Source: Clostridiales bacterium (GTDB lineage: Bacteria > Bacillota > Clostridia > Christensenellales > CAG-138). From it: a stretch of 64,000 nt of DNA. Positions 36,876-48,160 of the stretch are shown here, piece after piece. Every line of letters begins with the position of its first letter. Position 1 is the first letter of the stretch. The notes beneath the pieces are model-generated. The model was not told the DNA's origin. It saw only the letters and a program-made list of their open reading frames with translations, and did no database searches. The stretch covers positions 12,942 to 76,941 of the forward strand of contig SFEL01000006.1 of assembly GCA_004557245.1 (NCBI GenBank), in the 5' to 3' direction. The position numbers were made by a program, and so were the translations under genes.

Positions 36876-37238
36876 ATTTTCGCAATGGGCGAAGAAAAAG
36901 TAGGATCATTTACTTAATAATTGTAGCTTATATGTACCCCCGGCACAAGCCGAAAACACAAAAGTTTACCTTATATTTTCCTTTTGGCGGCGAATTTGAC
37001 GGTTTATTAACGCGATGAGGGAACAATATCCAGTTAAACACCGGAATAAATGCAGGGGCGCGGTGCAGACTACATAATAAAAAGATATGTTGCAGAGGTA
37101 TTGTGTATATGAACGGCATTTCACAAAGGGTGATGCTGCCCCAAAGCGAACTGCTGCCCAAGGAGGGCACGCGAGGGGCGGAGATACGTTACAAGGAGTA
37201 CGCACCAAGGGAACACCTGAGCAGGGAGGAGAGAACTG

Positions 37239-37694
37239 ATGGCCAATGAAAAGAAAACGCCGGAGCAGGTAAAGTATCAGAAGCTGGTAAAGGAGCGCAT
37301 GCCCAAGAGCCAGACGTTTTCCCAGTGTGTCAGGGCGTTTATTTCCGGCGGCATAATATGCTGCATAGGGCAGCTTATGCGCAACTGGGCGCAGCAGGGC
37401 ATGGGACTGGACGAAAAGGGAACGGCGGCGTTCACTGCCATAGTGATGGTATTCCTTGGGGCGACGCTTACCGGCATAGGCGTGTACGATAAGATAGGCG
37501 AATGGTCCGGCGCAGGATCCATAGTGCCTATAACCGGCTTTGCCAATTCCATCGTCTCACCCGCCATGGAGTTTAAACGCGAAGGCTTCATAACCGGCAC
37601 CGCCGCAAAGCTTTTTACAATAGCCGGCCCTGTGCTGGTTTACGGCGTGGGCAGCTCAGTGATAGTGGGCCTTTTGAGCCTACTGTTCAAATAG
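37239..37694 (+). CDS. spoVAC: Stage V sporulation protein AC
   Basis: It has a conserved SpoVAC sequence (FISGGIICCIGQ..., ITGFANSIVSPAMEFKREG). A GGGAGGAG RBS lies upstream. Confidence 0.9.
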   Translation: MANEKKTPEQVKYQKLVKERMPKSQTFSQCVRAFISGGIICCIGQLMRNWAQQGMGLDEKGTAAFTAIVMVFLGATLTGIGVYDKIGEWSGAGSIVPITGFANSIVSPAMEFKREGFITGTAAKLFTIAGPVLVYGVGSSVIVGLLSLLFK

Positions 37695-37702
37695 GAGGAC
37701 GC

Positions 37703-38758
37703 ATGGCGGATATACTGAACAATATGATACCCGTAAAGCGCGCCGGAAGGCAGACGGTGCTGTTTTCCAACCCCCCGGCGATAATAAGCTCGGCTACCGT
37801 TGTAGGCCCAATGGAGGGCAAGGGGCCGCTGGGGCCATACTTTGATATGGTGCTCAAGGACGATACCTGGGGCGAGGACAGCTGGGAGAAGGCGGAACGC
37901 AAGATGTTCGAGCACACTGTAAGGAGCGCGATGGACAAGGTGAACCTCCAAAGCGGCGGCGTGGACTGCCTGCTGGGCGGCGACCTTCTGAACCAGATAA
38001 TCTCCGCAAACTTTGCGGCCAGAGAACTGAAATTGCCGTTCTTAGGCCTGTATGGCGCCTGCTCTACCATGGCGGAATCACTCCTCATAGGCAGTATGCT
38101 CATAGACGGAGGGTATGCCGGCAGGGTGGCCTGCATAGCTACCAGCCATTTTTCCACCGCCGAAAGGCAGTATCGCAACCCTCTGGAGATGGGTGGCCAG
38201 ACTACCCCCACGGCACAGCGCACAGTGACCGGCGCAGGCTGCAGCATAGCCGCAAATCCGACTCTGGAAGGCGACAGACTGTATGGCAATGTATTCGTAA
38301 CTGCGGGTACGATCGGCAAGGTTACGGATCTCGGCATCACCGATGTCAACAATATGGGAGCCGCAATGGCGCCTGCAGCGGTGGACACTCTGACAGCGCA
38401 CCTTAGCGATACCGGTAGGGGAGTAATGGACTATGATTTGATAGTGACCGGCGACCTCGGAAGATTCGGCAGCGAGATGTTCAGGGAGCTGTGCCTGCAA
38501 AACGGAATAGACGTGGGCAACAGGCACCTTGACTGCGGCAACCTGGTATTCTCCGGGGAGCAGAAGGTGGACTGCGGAGGCAGCGGCTGCGGCTGCTGTG
38601 CAAGCGTGCTTAACGCATACCTGCTTGAGCGCATAGAAAAGGGCGATCTGAGGCGCATATTCTTCATGGCGACGGGGGCGCTGCTGAGCCCTACCAGCAG
38701 CATGCAGAACGACAGCATACCTGGTATAGCCCACGGTATAGTGCTGGAAAGGAAGTAA
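37703..38758 (+). CDS. spoVAD: Stage V sporulation protein AD
   Basis: It has a thiolase-like SpoVAD fold (GGDLLNQI, ACSTMAES) and the expected operon position. Confidence 0.9.
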   Translation: MADILNNMIPVKRAGRQTVLFSNPPAIISSATVVGPMEGKGPLGPYFDMVLKDDTWGEDSWEKAERKMFEHTVRSAMDKVNLQSGGVDCLLGGDLLNQIISANFAARELKLPFLGLYGACSTMAESLLIGSMLIDGGYAGRVACIATSHFSTAERQYRNPLEMGGQTTPTAQRTVTGAGCSIAANPTLEGDRLYGNVFVTAGTIGKVTDLGITDVNNMGAAMAPAAVDTLTAHLSDTGRGVMDYDLIVTGDLGRFGSEMFRELCLQNGIDVGNRHLDCGNLVFSGEQKVDCGGSGCGCCASVLNAYLLERIEKGDLRRIFFMATGALLSPTSSMQNDSIPGIAHGIVLERK

Positions 38759-38760
38759 AC

Positions 38761-39117
38761 ATGGATTATCTCTGGGCATTTGTGATAGGAGGCGGAATAT
38801 GCGTCATAGGTCAGCTTTTGATAAGCCTGACAAGGCTCACAGCGGCGCGTATACTGGTGATTTTCGTAACGGCAGGCGTGGTGCTTACGGCGCTGGGACT
38901 GTATGAGCCGCTGGTAGAGCTTGCAGGAGCCGGGGCCACTGTACCGCTTACCGGCTTCGGCTACGCTCTTGGCAAAGGGGCCTTAGAGGCGGCAAGGGAG
39001 AGCGGCGTAATAGGCGCCTTTACCGGCGGCATAACAGCCACGGCGGGAGGCGTTGCGGCGGCCATAGTGTTCGGCTACCTCAATGCGCTGCTATTCACCC
39101 CTAAAACAAAAATGTGA
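38761..39117 (+). CDS. spoVAEb: Stage V sporulation protein AE (AEb type)
   Basis: It is a small membrane protein paralogous to SpoVAC (PLTGFGYALGKGALEA) and follows spoVAD. Confidence 0.85.
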   Translation: MDYLWAFVIGGGICVIGQLLISLTRLTAARILVIFVTAGVVLTALGLYEPLVELAGAGATVPLTGFGYALGKGALEAARESGVIGAFTGGITATAGGVAAAIVFGYLNALLFTPKTKM

Positions 39118-39128
39118 CATATACAAAT

Positions 39129-39156
39129 AAATCCCCCGGACGACCGGGGGATTTTG
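39129..39156. terminator. Terminator between the spoVA operon and the convergent VanW gene
   Basis: AATCCCCCGG-ACGA-CCGGGGGATT is followed by TT. Confidence 0.75.
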
Positions 39157-39167
39157 CTGCTCCGGAA

Positions 39168-40853
39168 TTACTGTGTGAGGCCTGTTCCGGCGCCTTCAGT
39201 GGAGTTTGCGGCGTCGGGGTTTGCAAGGCTCAATGTTCCGTCCTCGTTTGCTTTTAGCTCATACTGAGGGTCGAGGGGTTCTCCGGCGTAGCCGGGCCAT
39301 ACATAGTAGCGGGTGGGATGCATCTTGTACTCGGTGTTGCCTATGGACTTGGTCTCTACAACCTTGCCGTTGAGCTTGTAGGTCTTGAAGGATTCGTATA
39401 TGGAACCCTTGACCGCGTTGTTTTTGAGCATCCAATAGGGGGAGTACAGACTGCTCTTTACTTCGTATTCGGGTTCGCCGGGCTCCAGAGGTTCGACCAG
39501 CGTGGAGCTGAGCTCTATCTCGTCGAAGGTTTCCGGGAAGGGCTGGCCGTAGATGGAGCAGTTCACGGTGTAATTCTTGGTGTCTATCCAAGTGAACACG
39601 TAACAGGGGGACTCGGTATTGTTTTTCCACTTGAAGTCGATATAGCCGGTTACGGTGTTTATGGTAGCATCAAGACCGTTGGGATAGCCACTGGGGGTGG
39701 AATGAGGACGGCGTGCAGTAACCTCAAAGTCCCCGTACAGAACCGCCATATATGTGGTAGTGGCTATCTGGCATACGCCGCCGCCGGGCTGATCCTCATG
39801 GTCGGCGCCGCCCGCTATTACTGCCGGGGCAGGCTTCCAGCCATTCTTGATGGTACGGTCCCCAAGTATGGTGTTGGCGGAGAATTCTTCGCCGGGCTGG
39901 AGCACTGTGCCGTATACCATGCCGCAGGCCTTCTCAAGATTATGGCAGCGGTTGGTGTTGCGGCGCTTGCTCTTGTAGGTGGTGGAGGCCGTGCCCCTGA
40001 GGAACAGGCTCTCCTTGAGCTTTTCTACGGTAACATCTGAATGTATTGGGGCCATGGTGACCTCAATGTCGCCAAAGTCCTTGCTCTCGCACCGTGTACG
40101 CACGGTGGCCATAAGCGCGTCAACGTCTACTCCGTAGCCGTCTACAGGCTCGGTAAAATCGAAAAATACGTCCCGGGGATCGGTTATGGCCTGCTTGTCA
40201 GCGCCAAGTCCCGCTTTTTTTGCCTCCTCGCCTACCAGACCAAGGTCGGAGGTATCATAGGCGTTGGTCTTGGTGCTCTTCTCCGGGTAATGCACGGTGA
40301 AGCTTGCAGGAGTTGCAGGAGTTGTAACTTCGTCCGCGAAGGAATGTATAAAGCTCTCGACGCCGGTAGGCTCTACGGTATAATCAATGGTATAAGCCCT
40401 GCCGTTTTCCTTTATGTCCTTAAGCTCGGCGGTAAGCGCCTGATAATCGCCTTCGCGGGCCAGGGACATAGCCTCGTTCAGTATTTCCTCGGTGTTGCAG
40501 GTTATGGTGAATTTAGAAGAATCAGCCGTATAGCTCTTGCCGTTGCAGGTGAACGTCAGATGAACGCTGTCGGCTATCTCCTTTTCGGCGGTACCGGCCA
40601 GCGTGGCTTTTGCTTCATTAAGCGTCTGACCAGAAATATCAACTCCGTTTACCGTTACGCCATCATGGAAGGTGGTGGAATTCATTATTTGCTGACGCTG
40701 CTGCTCGCGGTAAATAATAAAATAGTACAGCGTGCCCAGCACCATGAGCAGAGCCGCCAATACTATAAGCAGGGTCCTTACGATATTGCCGGAGGATTTT
40801 TTCTTGTTTTTCTTTGACGTCCTGGACGTCCTTTCGCGTGTCCTTGTTTCCAT
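39168..40853 (-). CDS. VanW-family protein, membrane anchored
   Basis: It has an N-terminal TM segment and a VanW core (GTVLQPGEEFSANTILGDRTIKNGWKPAPAVIAGG...GGGVCQIATTTYMAVL). Confidence 0.85.
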   Translation of the reverse strand: METRTRERTSRTSKKNKKKSSGNIVRTLLIVLAALLMVLGTLYYFIIYREQQRQQIMNSTTFHDGVTVNGVDISGQTLNEAKATLAGTAEKEIADSVHLTFTCNGKSYTADSSKFTITCNTEEILNEAMSLAREGDYQALTAELKDIKENGRAYTIDYTVEPTGVESFIHSFADEVTTPATPASFTVHYPEKSTKTNAYDTSDLGLVGEEAKKAGLGADKQAITDPRDVFFDFTEPVDGYGVDVDALMATVRTRCESKDFGDIEVTMAPIHSDVTVEKLKESLFLRGTASTTYKSKRRNTNRCHNLEKACGMVYGTVLQPGEEFSANTILGDRTIKNGWKPAPAVIAGGADHEDQPGGGVCQIATTTYMAVLYGDFEVTARRPHSTPSGYPNGLDATINTVTGYIDFKWKNNTESPCYVFTWIDTKNYTVNCSIYGQPFPETFDEIELSSTLVEPLEPGEPEYEVKSSLYSPYWMLKNNAVKGSIYESFKTYKLNGKVVETKSIGNTEYKMHPTRYYVWPGYAGEPLDPQYELKANEDGTLSLANPDAANSTEGAGTGLTQ

Positions 40854-41034
40854 TTTATCTCCGCTTTATTCTTAAAATTATCTCTTGCACTAATGCCTTT
40901 CCGTATCCGGCGTCAAAGCCGCTGGCACGGTACCCTTAATTATATGTGATTGTGGGACATAATGTAAAGCCCCGTAAAACATTTTAGCAGGTATATTTGC
41001 TGGAGCATTTGTAAGGGTCCCTGATAAAGCTTTG

Positions 41035-41064
41035 GTTGCAAAGTATAGCACTATGATGCTAAAA
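41035..41064 (+). promoter_or_regulatory. Candidate sigma-A promoter (extended -10) for the ECF S-component / coaX unit
   Basis: It reads TTGCAA, an 18-nt spacer, then TGCTAAAAT. Confidence 0.45.
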
Positions 41065-41100
41065 TTAACCTTTAGCAGGGAAAGGACAGGAGGAATGATT

Positions 41101-41718
41101 ATGCGAAAGATCCAAACCAGGACAATAGTACTTTACGGGCTGTTTATCGCCGTGATTTTTCTTCTGGGACTTACTCCGCTTGGCTATATAAACCTTCCCA
41201 TAGCAGCCATAACCACGGTGCATATCCCGGTGATAGTGGGCGGATATGTGCTGGGTAAAAAGGGCGGTGCGGTACTGGGATTCTTCTTTGGCCTTACCAG
41301 CCTCATACGCTGCTTTACCACACCGGACGCCACGGCGGCGGTGATACTTGGAACAGGCACAGGCTTTGGAGCGTATAACCTGCTTCTTATTCTGGCGGTC
41401 ATATTCCTTCCACGTATACTCACCGGACTGTTTTCCTCCGCGCTGTATGAGCTTATAGGCGGTACCGGCAAGCGGCAGATAGCTGCCATGGGTGTAAGCG
41501 CTTTCGCAGGCAGTATGACAAATACGGTATTTTACCTCGGCGGCCTGTATCTTCTGGCCTTCGAACAGACCGCAAACATAATGGGCGTGGCGGGCAGCGC
41601 GCTGCTCAAGGCGCTCATGAGCATAGTGGCTTTCAACGGCGTGCTTGAGGCAATGGCCGCGGTAATACTTTGTATTGCGGTAGGCAAGGCGCTGAGCGCG
41701 TACATCAACAAAAAATAA
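41101..41718 (+). CDS. ECF-transporter substrate-specific (S) component, possibly pantothenate-specific by context
   Basis: It is a small 6-TM protein (LFIAVIFLLGLTPLGYINLPIAAITTVHIPVIVGG) directly upstream of coaX. The ATG is 7 nt after GGAGG. Confidence 0.8.
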   Translation: MRKIQTRTIVLYGLFIAVIFLLGLTPLGYINLPIAAITTVHIPVIVGGYVLGKKGGAVLGFFFGLTSLIRCFTTPDATAAVILGTGTGFGAYNLLLILAVIFLPRILTGLFSSALYELIGGTGKRQIAAMGVSAFAGSMTNTVFYLGGLYLLAFEQTANIMGVAGSALLKALMSIVAFNGVLEAMAAVILCIAVGKALSAYINKK

Positions 41719-41741
41719 ATATACGGAGATAATTACAAACA

Positions 41742-42509
41742 ATGCTTCTGGTAATGGACATAGGCAATACCAATATAAAGACCGGCCTTTTCAAGGACGG
41801 CAGGCTCCAGAACTCATGGCGTCTGCGTACGGATTCTCTGCGCACAGCGGACGAGTACGGCACCCAGATGGAGGGCTTTTTCGGTCATTTGAATATAGAT
41901 ACCCGCGAAGTAGACGGTATAATAATGTCCTCCGTTATACCATCCATGAACTACACCATGGAGCACATGTGTGAGCTGTACTTTCATCAGCAGAAGGTCA
42001 TGGTGGTAAACAGCGAGATGAACCTGGGAATATCCATACGCTACGATATGCCTTCGCAGCTGGGCTCCGACCGTATCTGCAATGCGGTCGAAGCTTACCA
42101 TATCTACGGCGGCCCCTGCACAATAGTGGATTTCGGCACTGCAACCAACTTCGCCGTGGTATCGGCTGAGGGCGAGTTCCTGGGCGGCCTCATATGCCCC
42201 GGCATAATGGTATCAGCAGACGCCCTCATAGAGCGGGCTGCCATGCTGCACAAGGTGGAATACATAAAGCCCGAGAAGGTCATAGGCACCAACACCCGCG
42301 ACGGCATACAGTCCGGAGTCATACGGGGCTATGTGGGCCAGGTGGACTACATACTCCGGCAGATAGAGAAGGAGCTGGGCGTAAAGCAGACAGTAGTGGC
42401 TACAGGCGGCATGTCCAACATGATAGCCAGCGAGACAGACAGGATAAACTACGTCAATCCTACCCTGACCCTGGAAGGCCTTGCACGCATATACGACATG
42501 AACCGTTAG
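41742..42509 (+). CDS. coaX: Type III pantothenate kinase
   Basis: The N-terminus reads LLVMDIGNTNIK, followed by GSDRICN, VDFGTATN and TGGMS. Confidence 0.95.
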   Translation: MLLVMDIGNTNIKTGLFKDGRLQNSWRLRTDSLRTADEYGTQMEGFFGHLNIDTREVDGIIMSSVIPSMNYTMEHMCELYFHQQKVMVVNSEMNLGISIRYDMPSQLGSDRICNAVEAYHIYGGPCTIVDFGTATNFAVVSAEGEFLGGLICPGIMVSADALIERAAMLHKVEYIKPEKVIGTNTRDGIQSGVIRGYVGQVDYILRQIEKELGVKQTVVATGGMSNMIASETDRINYVNPTLTLEGLARIYDMNR

Positions 42510-42679
42510 CGGGAGAACCACTCAACAACGTAACATGCGCTGAGCATCAACTGGAGAAAAAACAGAACATAGCATACGCTGCGCCGGGTGTTATCATTCC
42601 GGCGCTTGTATATTTCTGCGCCTATGAGCGGCACGGCGGGTATTATCCCCGCATAAAGCAGAAAAAGCACAGTCATATC
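42506..42679 (-). CDS. Possible small two-helix membrane protein (57 aa)
   Basis: An ATG follows GGAAGG and the sequence is hydrophobic. Its 3' end overlaps the coaX stop by 4 nt. I recognise no homology. Confidence 0.3.
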   Translation of the reverse strand, partial: DMTVLFLLYAGIIPAVPLIGAEIYKRRNDNTRRSVCYVLFFLQLMLSACYVVEWFSR

Positions 42680-42875
42680 GATACCTTCCTTTATTGTGAT
42701 AGATAACCGTGTTGCACGTATGTACAGCATAACATCTGGGTATAAGCTTATTCGATAGTGGAAGTTTGGCAATATGGGAATAATATAGTACAAACATTTG
42801 TGCGATTGTGCTATAATGCTATACAGGTGGGTAATGCGGCCAACAACCCCCAAATTATCGAAGGAGAATAAAACC

Positions 42876-43157
42876 ATGGTAACTCATATCGTTTGCCACA
42901 AGTACACCGACAGAGAAGAAGCAAAGAAGATAGCCCCAATGCTCAAGGGCCTGGTAGGCAAGGTTCCCGGCCTTATCAGCATGGAAGCCGGCGCCGACTT
43001 CATGGGCAGCGGCAGGAGCTATGATTTGGCGCTTATCGCAAAGTTTGCGAACCGCGAGGATCTGGCGGTTTACGCCGACCATCCGGAGCATGTAAAGGTA
43101 AAGCAGTATATCCATAAGGTGCTGGTAAACGGCATATCCGTGGATTTCGAGGATTGA
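42876..43157 (+). CDS. Dabb (stress-responsive alpha/beta barrel) family protein
   Basis: It reads MVTHIVCHKY...EDLAVYADHPEHVKV, the typical Dabb signature. Confidence 0.85.
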   Translation: MVTHIVCHKYTDREEAKKIAPMLKGLVGKVPGLISMEAGADFMGSGRSYDLALIAKFANREDLAVYADHPEHVKVKQYIHKVLVNGISVDFED

Positions 43158-43184
43158 TTTTTTTCGGGAGTTTAAGGTATCAGC

Positions 43185-45188
43185 ATGGGAGAGTTCAAAG
43201 TAGTATCCCCCTTTGAGCCGCAGGGCGACCAGCCCGAGGCCATAGCCGCCCTGAGCGAGGGCGTAAAGCGGGGGGACAGACTTCAGGTGCTTTTGGGCGT
43301 CACCGGCAGCGGCAAGACCTTCACCATGGCGAAGGTGATAGAGCAGGTGCAAAAGCCTACTCTTGTCATCGCCCATAACAAGACCCTTGCGGCACAGCTT
43401 TGCGGCGAGCTGAGGGAGTTCTTCCCGGACAGCGCGGTAGAGTATTTCGTCTCGTACTATGACTACTACCAGCCTGAGGCGTACATAGCCTCGTCGGATA
43501 CATATATAGAAAAAGTAGCCACAGTGAACGACGAGATAGACAAGCTGCGCCACAGCGCTACCTGCGCCCTGAACGAGCGCAGGGATGTTATAATCGTGGC
43601 TTCCGTAAGCTGTATATACGCTCTGGGAGACCCGGCAGAATACCTTAAACTCTCCATATCCCTGCGCAAGGGCATGGAGATAGACCGGGACGAGGTAATG
43701 CGGCGGCTGGTCGATATACAGTACCAGCGCAACGAATATGACTTTGTCCGGGGCACCTTCCGGGCAAAGGGGGACGTGTTGGAGGTGTTTCCCTCCAACT
43801 GGTCGGATAAGGTGCTGCGCATCGAGTTCTTCGGCGACGAGGTGGAGCGCATAAGCGAAGTAAACTGTACTACCGGCGAAATACTTTTGGACAGGAGCCA
43901 TGTGGCCATATTTCCCGCCTCCCATTACGCCACGGGCCGGGACAAGCTGGTAAAGGCTCTTGGAGAGATAGAACATGACATGCAGGTCAGGGTAGAGGAG
44001 TTTAAGGCGGAGGATAAGCTGGTAGAGGCACAGCGCATAGAGCAGCGTACTACATACGATATGGAGATGATGCGTGAGATAGGCTACTGTCAGGGTATAG
44101 AGAACTACTCCCGCTACTTTGACGGCCGCAAGCCTGGCCAGCCTCCATATACGCTGATAGACTATTTCCCCAAGGACTTTCTTATGATAATCGACGAGTC
44201 CCACGTAACTCTGCCGCAGATACGGGGTATGTACAGCGGGGATTTATCCCGAAAGACAGCCCTCGTGGATTACGGCTTCCGCATACCGAGCGCCTATGAC
44301 AACAGGCCCCTGAAGTTTGACGAGTTCAAGGAGCGGGTAAATCAGCTCATATGCGTATCCGCTACACCCGGCGAGTATGAACTGAGCCGGGCCAGCCAGG
44401 TGGCGGAGCAGGTGATACGCCCCACAGGACTGTTGGATCCCGAGATTGAGGTGCGCAAGGTAGAGGGACAGGTGGACGATCTGCTGGGCGAGATAAAGAA
44501 GACCGCCGCCAAGGGGGAAAGGGTGCTGGTTACTACCCTTACAAAGCGAATGGCGGAGATGCTGACGGAATATCTTGACGGAATGGGCATACGGGTGCGG
44601 TACATGCACTCGGAAATCGAGACAATAGAGCGAATGGAGATAATCCGCGACCTGCGCCTGGGGGAGTTTGACGTGCTGGTAGGCATAAACCTCCTGCGCG
44701 AGGGACTGGATCTTCCGGAGGTGGGCCTCGTTGCCATACTGGACGCGGACAAGGAGGGATTCCTGCGCTCCGCAACGTCGCTGATACAGACTATAGGCCG
44801 CGCCGCGCGAAACGCGGACGGCAGGGTAATAATGTACGCGGATACCATAACGCCTTCCATGAAGGAGGCAATAGACGAGACTGCCCGCCGCCGCCAAAAG
44901 CAGCAGGCATATAATAAGGAACACAACATTACGCCGAGGACAATCACAAAGGCGGTCCACGGCATAATTGAGATAAGCGGCAGGCCCAAGGAGGCGCAGG
45001 AGGATAGGGAAGCCCGCGCAGAGATACTGCGTGAGCAGATGCGGGCAGCGGCGGCCGAGCTGGACTTTGAAACGGCTGCAAGGCTCCGCGACAGGCTGTT
45101 CGACCTGACGGGGGAGGATAAGCCCAGAAAGATAGCTCCCGGCATGCCGGGCAGCACGAAGAAGGCAAGAGGAAGAACGAGAAAGTAA
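43185..45188 (+). CDS. uvrB: Excinuclease ABC subunit B
   Basis: It reads [32 protein letters not shown], and a C-terminal UVR domain ([14 protein letters not shown]). Confidence 0.97.
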   Translation: MGEFKVVSPFEPQGDQPEAIAALSEGVKRGDRLQVLLGVTGSGKTFTMAKVIEQVQKPTLVIAHNKTLAAQLCGELREFFPDSAVEYFVSYYDYYQPEAYIASSDTYIEKVATVNDEIDKLRHSATCALNERRDVIIVASVSCIYALGDPAEYLKLSISLRKGMEIDRDEVMRRLVDIQYQRNEYDFVRGTFRAKGDVLEVFPSNWSDKVLRIEFFGDEVERISEVNCTTGEILLDRSHVAIFPASHYATGRDKLVKALGEIEHDMQVRVEEFKAEDKLVEAQRIEQRTTYDMEMMREIGYCQGIENYSRYFDGRKPGQPPYTLIDYFPKDFLMIIDESHVTLPQIRGMYSGDLSRKTALVDYGFRIPSAYDNRPLKFDEFKERVNQLICVSATPGEYELSRASQVAEQVIRPTGLLDPEIEVRKVEGQVDDLLGEIKKTAAKGERVLVTTLTKRMAEMLTEYLDGMGIRVRYMHSEIETIERMEIIRDLRLGEFDVLVGINLLREGLDLPEVGLVAILDADKEGFLRSATSLIQTIGRAARNADGRVIMYADTITPSMKEAIDETARRRQKQQAYNKEHNITPRTITKAVHGIIEISGRPKEAQEDREARAEILREQMRAAAAELDFETAARLRDRLFDLTGEDKPRKIAPGMPGSTKKARGRTRK

Positions 45189-45189
45189 A

Positions 45190-48042
45190 GTGATGAATGA
45201 AAAGCTTATAATAAAGGGCGCAAGAGAGCACAACCTAAAAAATATAGACCTTACACTGCCGCGCAACAAGCTTATAGTGTTTACGGGACTCAGCGGCAGC
45301 GGCAAGTCCTCTCTGGCGTTCGATACCATATACGCCGAGGGACAAAGGAGATACGTGGAGTCGCTGTCATCTTATGCCAGGCTGTTCCTGGGCCAGATGG
45401 AAAAGCCGGATGTGGACTACATCGAGGGCCTGTCCCCTGCCATAAGCATAGACCAGAAGAGCACCTCCAATAACCCGCGTTCCACTGTGGGCACTGTAAC
45501 CGAGATTCACGACTACATGCGCCTGCTGTATGCCCGCGTAGGCATACCTCACTGCCCCAAATGCGGAAGGGTGATTGAACGTCAGAGCATAGATCAGGTA
45601 GTTGACAGGGTGATGGCCCTTGATGGACGCATACAGATAATCGCCCCTGCTGTGCGGGCAAAGAAGGGCGAGCACGCAAAGCTCTTGGAGCAGATACGCA
45701 AGGACGGCTACGTTCGCGTCCGTGTTGACGGCGAGGTGTACGACATAAACGAGGTGCCCCCTCTCGATAAGCAAAAGAAGCACACCATAGACGTAATAGT
45801 GGACAGGCTCATCATAAAGCCCGGCATAGAGGGCCGCCTTGCGGAATCCATGGAGACCGCCTTCGCCTTCGGCGACGGCCTTGCAAAGGTGGACGTGATA
45901 GGCAAGGAGGAGCTTATCTTTTCCGAGAAGTACTCCTGTCCGGACTGCGGCATATCCATTGAGGAGCTCACGCCCCGCATGTTCTCCTTCAACAATCCCT
46001 ACGGCGCCTGCCCCTGCTGCAGCGGACTGGGTATGCTGATGAAGATAGACCCGGACATAATAGTGCCCGACAAAAGCCTGTCTCTAAATCAGAACGCCAT
46101 AAATGTCAGCGGCTGGCAGAGCGGCAAAAACGGCGGCAGCATGTCCAACATGTACTTTTCGGCCCTGGCTGAGCACTACGGCTTTTCCATGGATACACCC
46201 TTCATAGAGCTGCCAAAGAAGGTACAGGAAATATTGCTCTACGGCACAGGGGAGGAAAAGCTGGAGGTAAAGTACCAGCGGGAGTTCGGCAGCGGCACCT
46301 TCAAGACCTCCTTCGAGGGAGTGATAACAAACCTGGAGCGGAGGTACAAGGAGACCACCTCCGACGCTGCCAAGCAGGATATTGAGGCGTATATGTCCAA
46401 CATACTCTGTCCGGAGTGCAGAGGAAAGCGACTCAAGCCGGAAAGCCTTGCCGTTACGGTGAACGGCGTCTCCATCGCAGAGATGAGCGACATGACAGTC
46501 ACCGAGGCGCGAAGGTTCATAACCTCATTGAAGCTTACGGATACCGAGCGCATGATAGCGGAGCGGATACAGAAGGAAATAGACGCACGGCTTGGCTTCC
46601 TTGAAAACGTGGGCCTTGACTATCTTACCCTTTCGAGAGGCGCCTGTACACTGTCCGGCGGCGAGGCTCAGCGCATTCGCCTTGCCACTCAGATAGGCAG
46701 CGGCCTTATGGGCGTGCTGTATATACTGGACGAGCCAAGCATCGGCCTGCACCAGCGGGACAACGCCAGGCTTTTAAGCACGCTAAAGGGAATGCGTGAC
46801 ATGGGCAACACACTTATCGTAGTGGAGCACGATGAGGAGACCATGCTGGACGCGGACTACATAGTCGATATAGGCCCGGGCGCAGGAGAGCATGGCGGAA
46901 GGGTAATCGCTCAGGGCACGCCGGAGGAGATAATGGCGTCGGAGAACTCCATTACCGGCCAGTATCTATCCGGGCGTAGGTTCATACCCCTGCCTGAAAG
47001 CAGGCGCCGCAACGGCGACAAGTGGCTCAGGGTAAAGTGCGCACGGGTAAACAACCTTAAAAATATAGATGTGGACATACCCCTTGGCGTGTTCACCTGC
47101 GTTACAGGGGTATCCGGCAGCGGCAAGAGCAGCCTGGTGAATGAGGTCGTCAAGAAGACACTGCTCCACGATCTGAACAGGGCTAAGTATATCCCAAAGG
47201 ACGTGTGCGACGGCATAGAGGGAATAGAGCAGCTGGATAAGATAATAGACATAGACCAGTCCCCCATAGGCCGCACGCCCCGCAGCAACCCGGCTACATA
47301 TACCGGCCTTTTCGATATGATACGCGACGTATTCGCCATGACGCCCGATGCGAAGGTGAGGGGCTACAGCAACGGCCGCTTCAGCTTCAACGTAAAGGGA
47401 GGAAGGTGTGAGGCCTGCCGCGGCGACGGCATGCTCAAAATAGAGATGCAATTCCTGCCGGACATATATGTGCCCTGCGAGGTATGCAAGGGCAAACGGT
47501 ATAACCGTGAAACTCTTGAGGTAAAATACAAGGGCAGGAGCATTTCCGACGTGCTGGATATGACGGTGGAGGAAGCGCTCGAGTTTTTCCGGCCCATAGA
47601 AAGAATAAGGCGCAAGCTGCAAACCCTGTATGACGTGGGCCTGGGCTATATAAAGCTGGGTCAGCCCTCCACCCAGCTATCGGGCGGCGAGGCGCAGCGG
47701 GTAAAGCTCGCTACCGAGCTTTCCCGCAGGGATACCGGTAAGACGCTCTACGTGCTGGACGAGCCTACCACCGGACTTCACGTTGCGGATGTGCAGCGGC
47801 TTCTTGATATACTGCAGCGGCTTGCGGACGGCGGCAGCACGGTAGTGGTCATAGAGCACAACCTCGACGTCATAAAGTGCGCGGACTATATAATCGACAT
47901 GGGCCCTGAGGGAGGCGCGGGCGGAGGTACCGTTATAGCAAAGGGCACGCCCGAAGAGGTGGCAAAGGTAAAGGAAAGCTACACCGGTCAATACCTTGCC
48001 CCCATACTCCACAGGGACGCCGAAAGGACAAAACGAAAATAA
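45190..48042 (+). CDS. uvrA: Excinuclease ABC subunit A
   Basis: It reads [12 protein letters not shown] and [14 protein letters not shown], with two ABC modules and zinc-finger cysteines. The start is GTG at 45190 or ATG at 45193. Confidence 0.97.
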   Translation: MMNEKLIIKGAREHNLKNIDLTLPRNKLIVFTGLSGSGKSSLAFDTIYAEGQRRYVESLSSYARLFLGQMEKPDVDYIEGLSPAISIDQKSTSNNPRSTVGTVTEIHDYMRLLYARVGIPHCPKCGRVIERQSIDQVVDRVMALDGRIQIIAPAVRAKKGEHAKLLEQIRKDGYVRVRVDGEVYDINEVPPLDKQKKHTIDVIVDRLIIKPGIEGRLAESMETAFAFGDGLAKVDVIGKEELIFSEKYSCPDCGISIEELTPRMFSFNNPYGACPCCSGLGMLMKIDPDIIVPDKSLSLNQNAINVSGWQSGKNGGSMSNMYFSALAEHYGFSMDTPFIELPKKVQEILLYGTGEEKLEVKYQREFGSGTFKTSFEGVITNLERRYKETTSDAAKQDIEAYMSNILCPECRGKRLKPESLAVTVNGVSIAEMSDMTVTEARRFITSLKLTDTERMIAERIQKEIDARLGFLENVGLDYLTLSRGACTLSGGEAQRIRLATQIGSGLMGVLYILDEPSIGLHQRDNARLLSTLKGMRDMGNTLIVVEHDEETMLDADYIVDIGPGAGEHGGRVIAQGTPEEIMASENSITGQYLSGRRFIPLPESRRRNGDKWLRVKCARVNNLKNIDVDIPLGVFTCVTGVSGSGKSSLVNEVVKKTLLHDLNRAKYIPKDVCDGIEGIEQLDKIIDIDQSPIGRTPRSNPATYTGLFDMIRDVFAMTPDAKVRGYSNGRFSFNVKGGRCEACRGDGMLKIEMQFLPDIYVPCEVCKGKRYNRETLEVKYKGRSISDVLDMTVEEALEFFRPIERIRRKLQTLYDVGLGYIKLGQPSTQLSGGEAQRVKLATELSRRDTGKTLYVLDEPTTGLHVADVQRLLDILQRLADGGSTVVVIEHNLDVIKCADYIIDMGPEGGAGGGTVIAKGTPEEVAKVKESYTGQYLAPILHRDAERTKRK

Positions 48043-48086
48043 CAATACCGGCGGCCATCCTTCGAAATACCGCGTAATTATAATGC

Positions 48087-48115
48087 TTGAAAACTAACGA
48101 TGATGAATGTATAAT
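48087..48115 (+). promoter_or_regulatory. Near-consensus sigma-A promoter of rex
   Basis: It reads TTGAAA, a 17-nt spacer, then TATAAT. Confidence 0.55.
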
Positions 48116-48160
48116 AGCTTTGGTCAAGCTTATGTTTCCAAAGATGGAGGATTATAATAG

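Noticed and set aside
37040-37110. A sigma-G type promoter for the spoVA operon (CATAATA at 37073-37079, GAATA at 37044-37048).
   Set aside because: The spacer between the two elements is 24 nt against the expected 17-18, and alternative pairings fit worse. I therefore made no promoter call.
37109-37249. A 46-codon ORF (MNGISQRVMLPQSELLPKEG...) upstream of spoVAC that overlaps its start.
   Set aside because: It has only a weak GAGG RBS, a highly charged featureless product and no recognisable family. It is probably just the long spoVA leader. I would keep it only if it is conserved in relatives.
40854-41100. A possible pantothenate-related riboswitch upstream of the ECF S-component/coaX unit.
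   Set aside because: I could find only a plausible promoter and no conserved helices that I can tie to a known motif. Without a covariance-model search the idea is unsupported.
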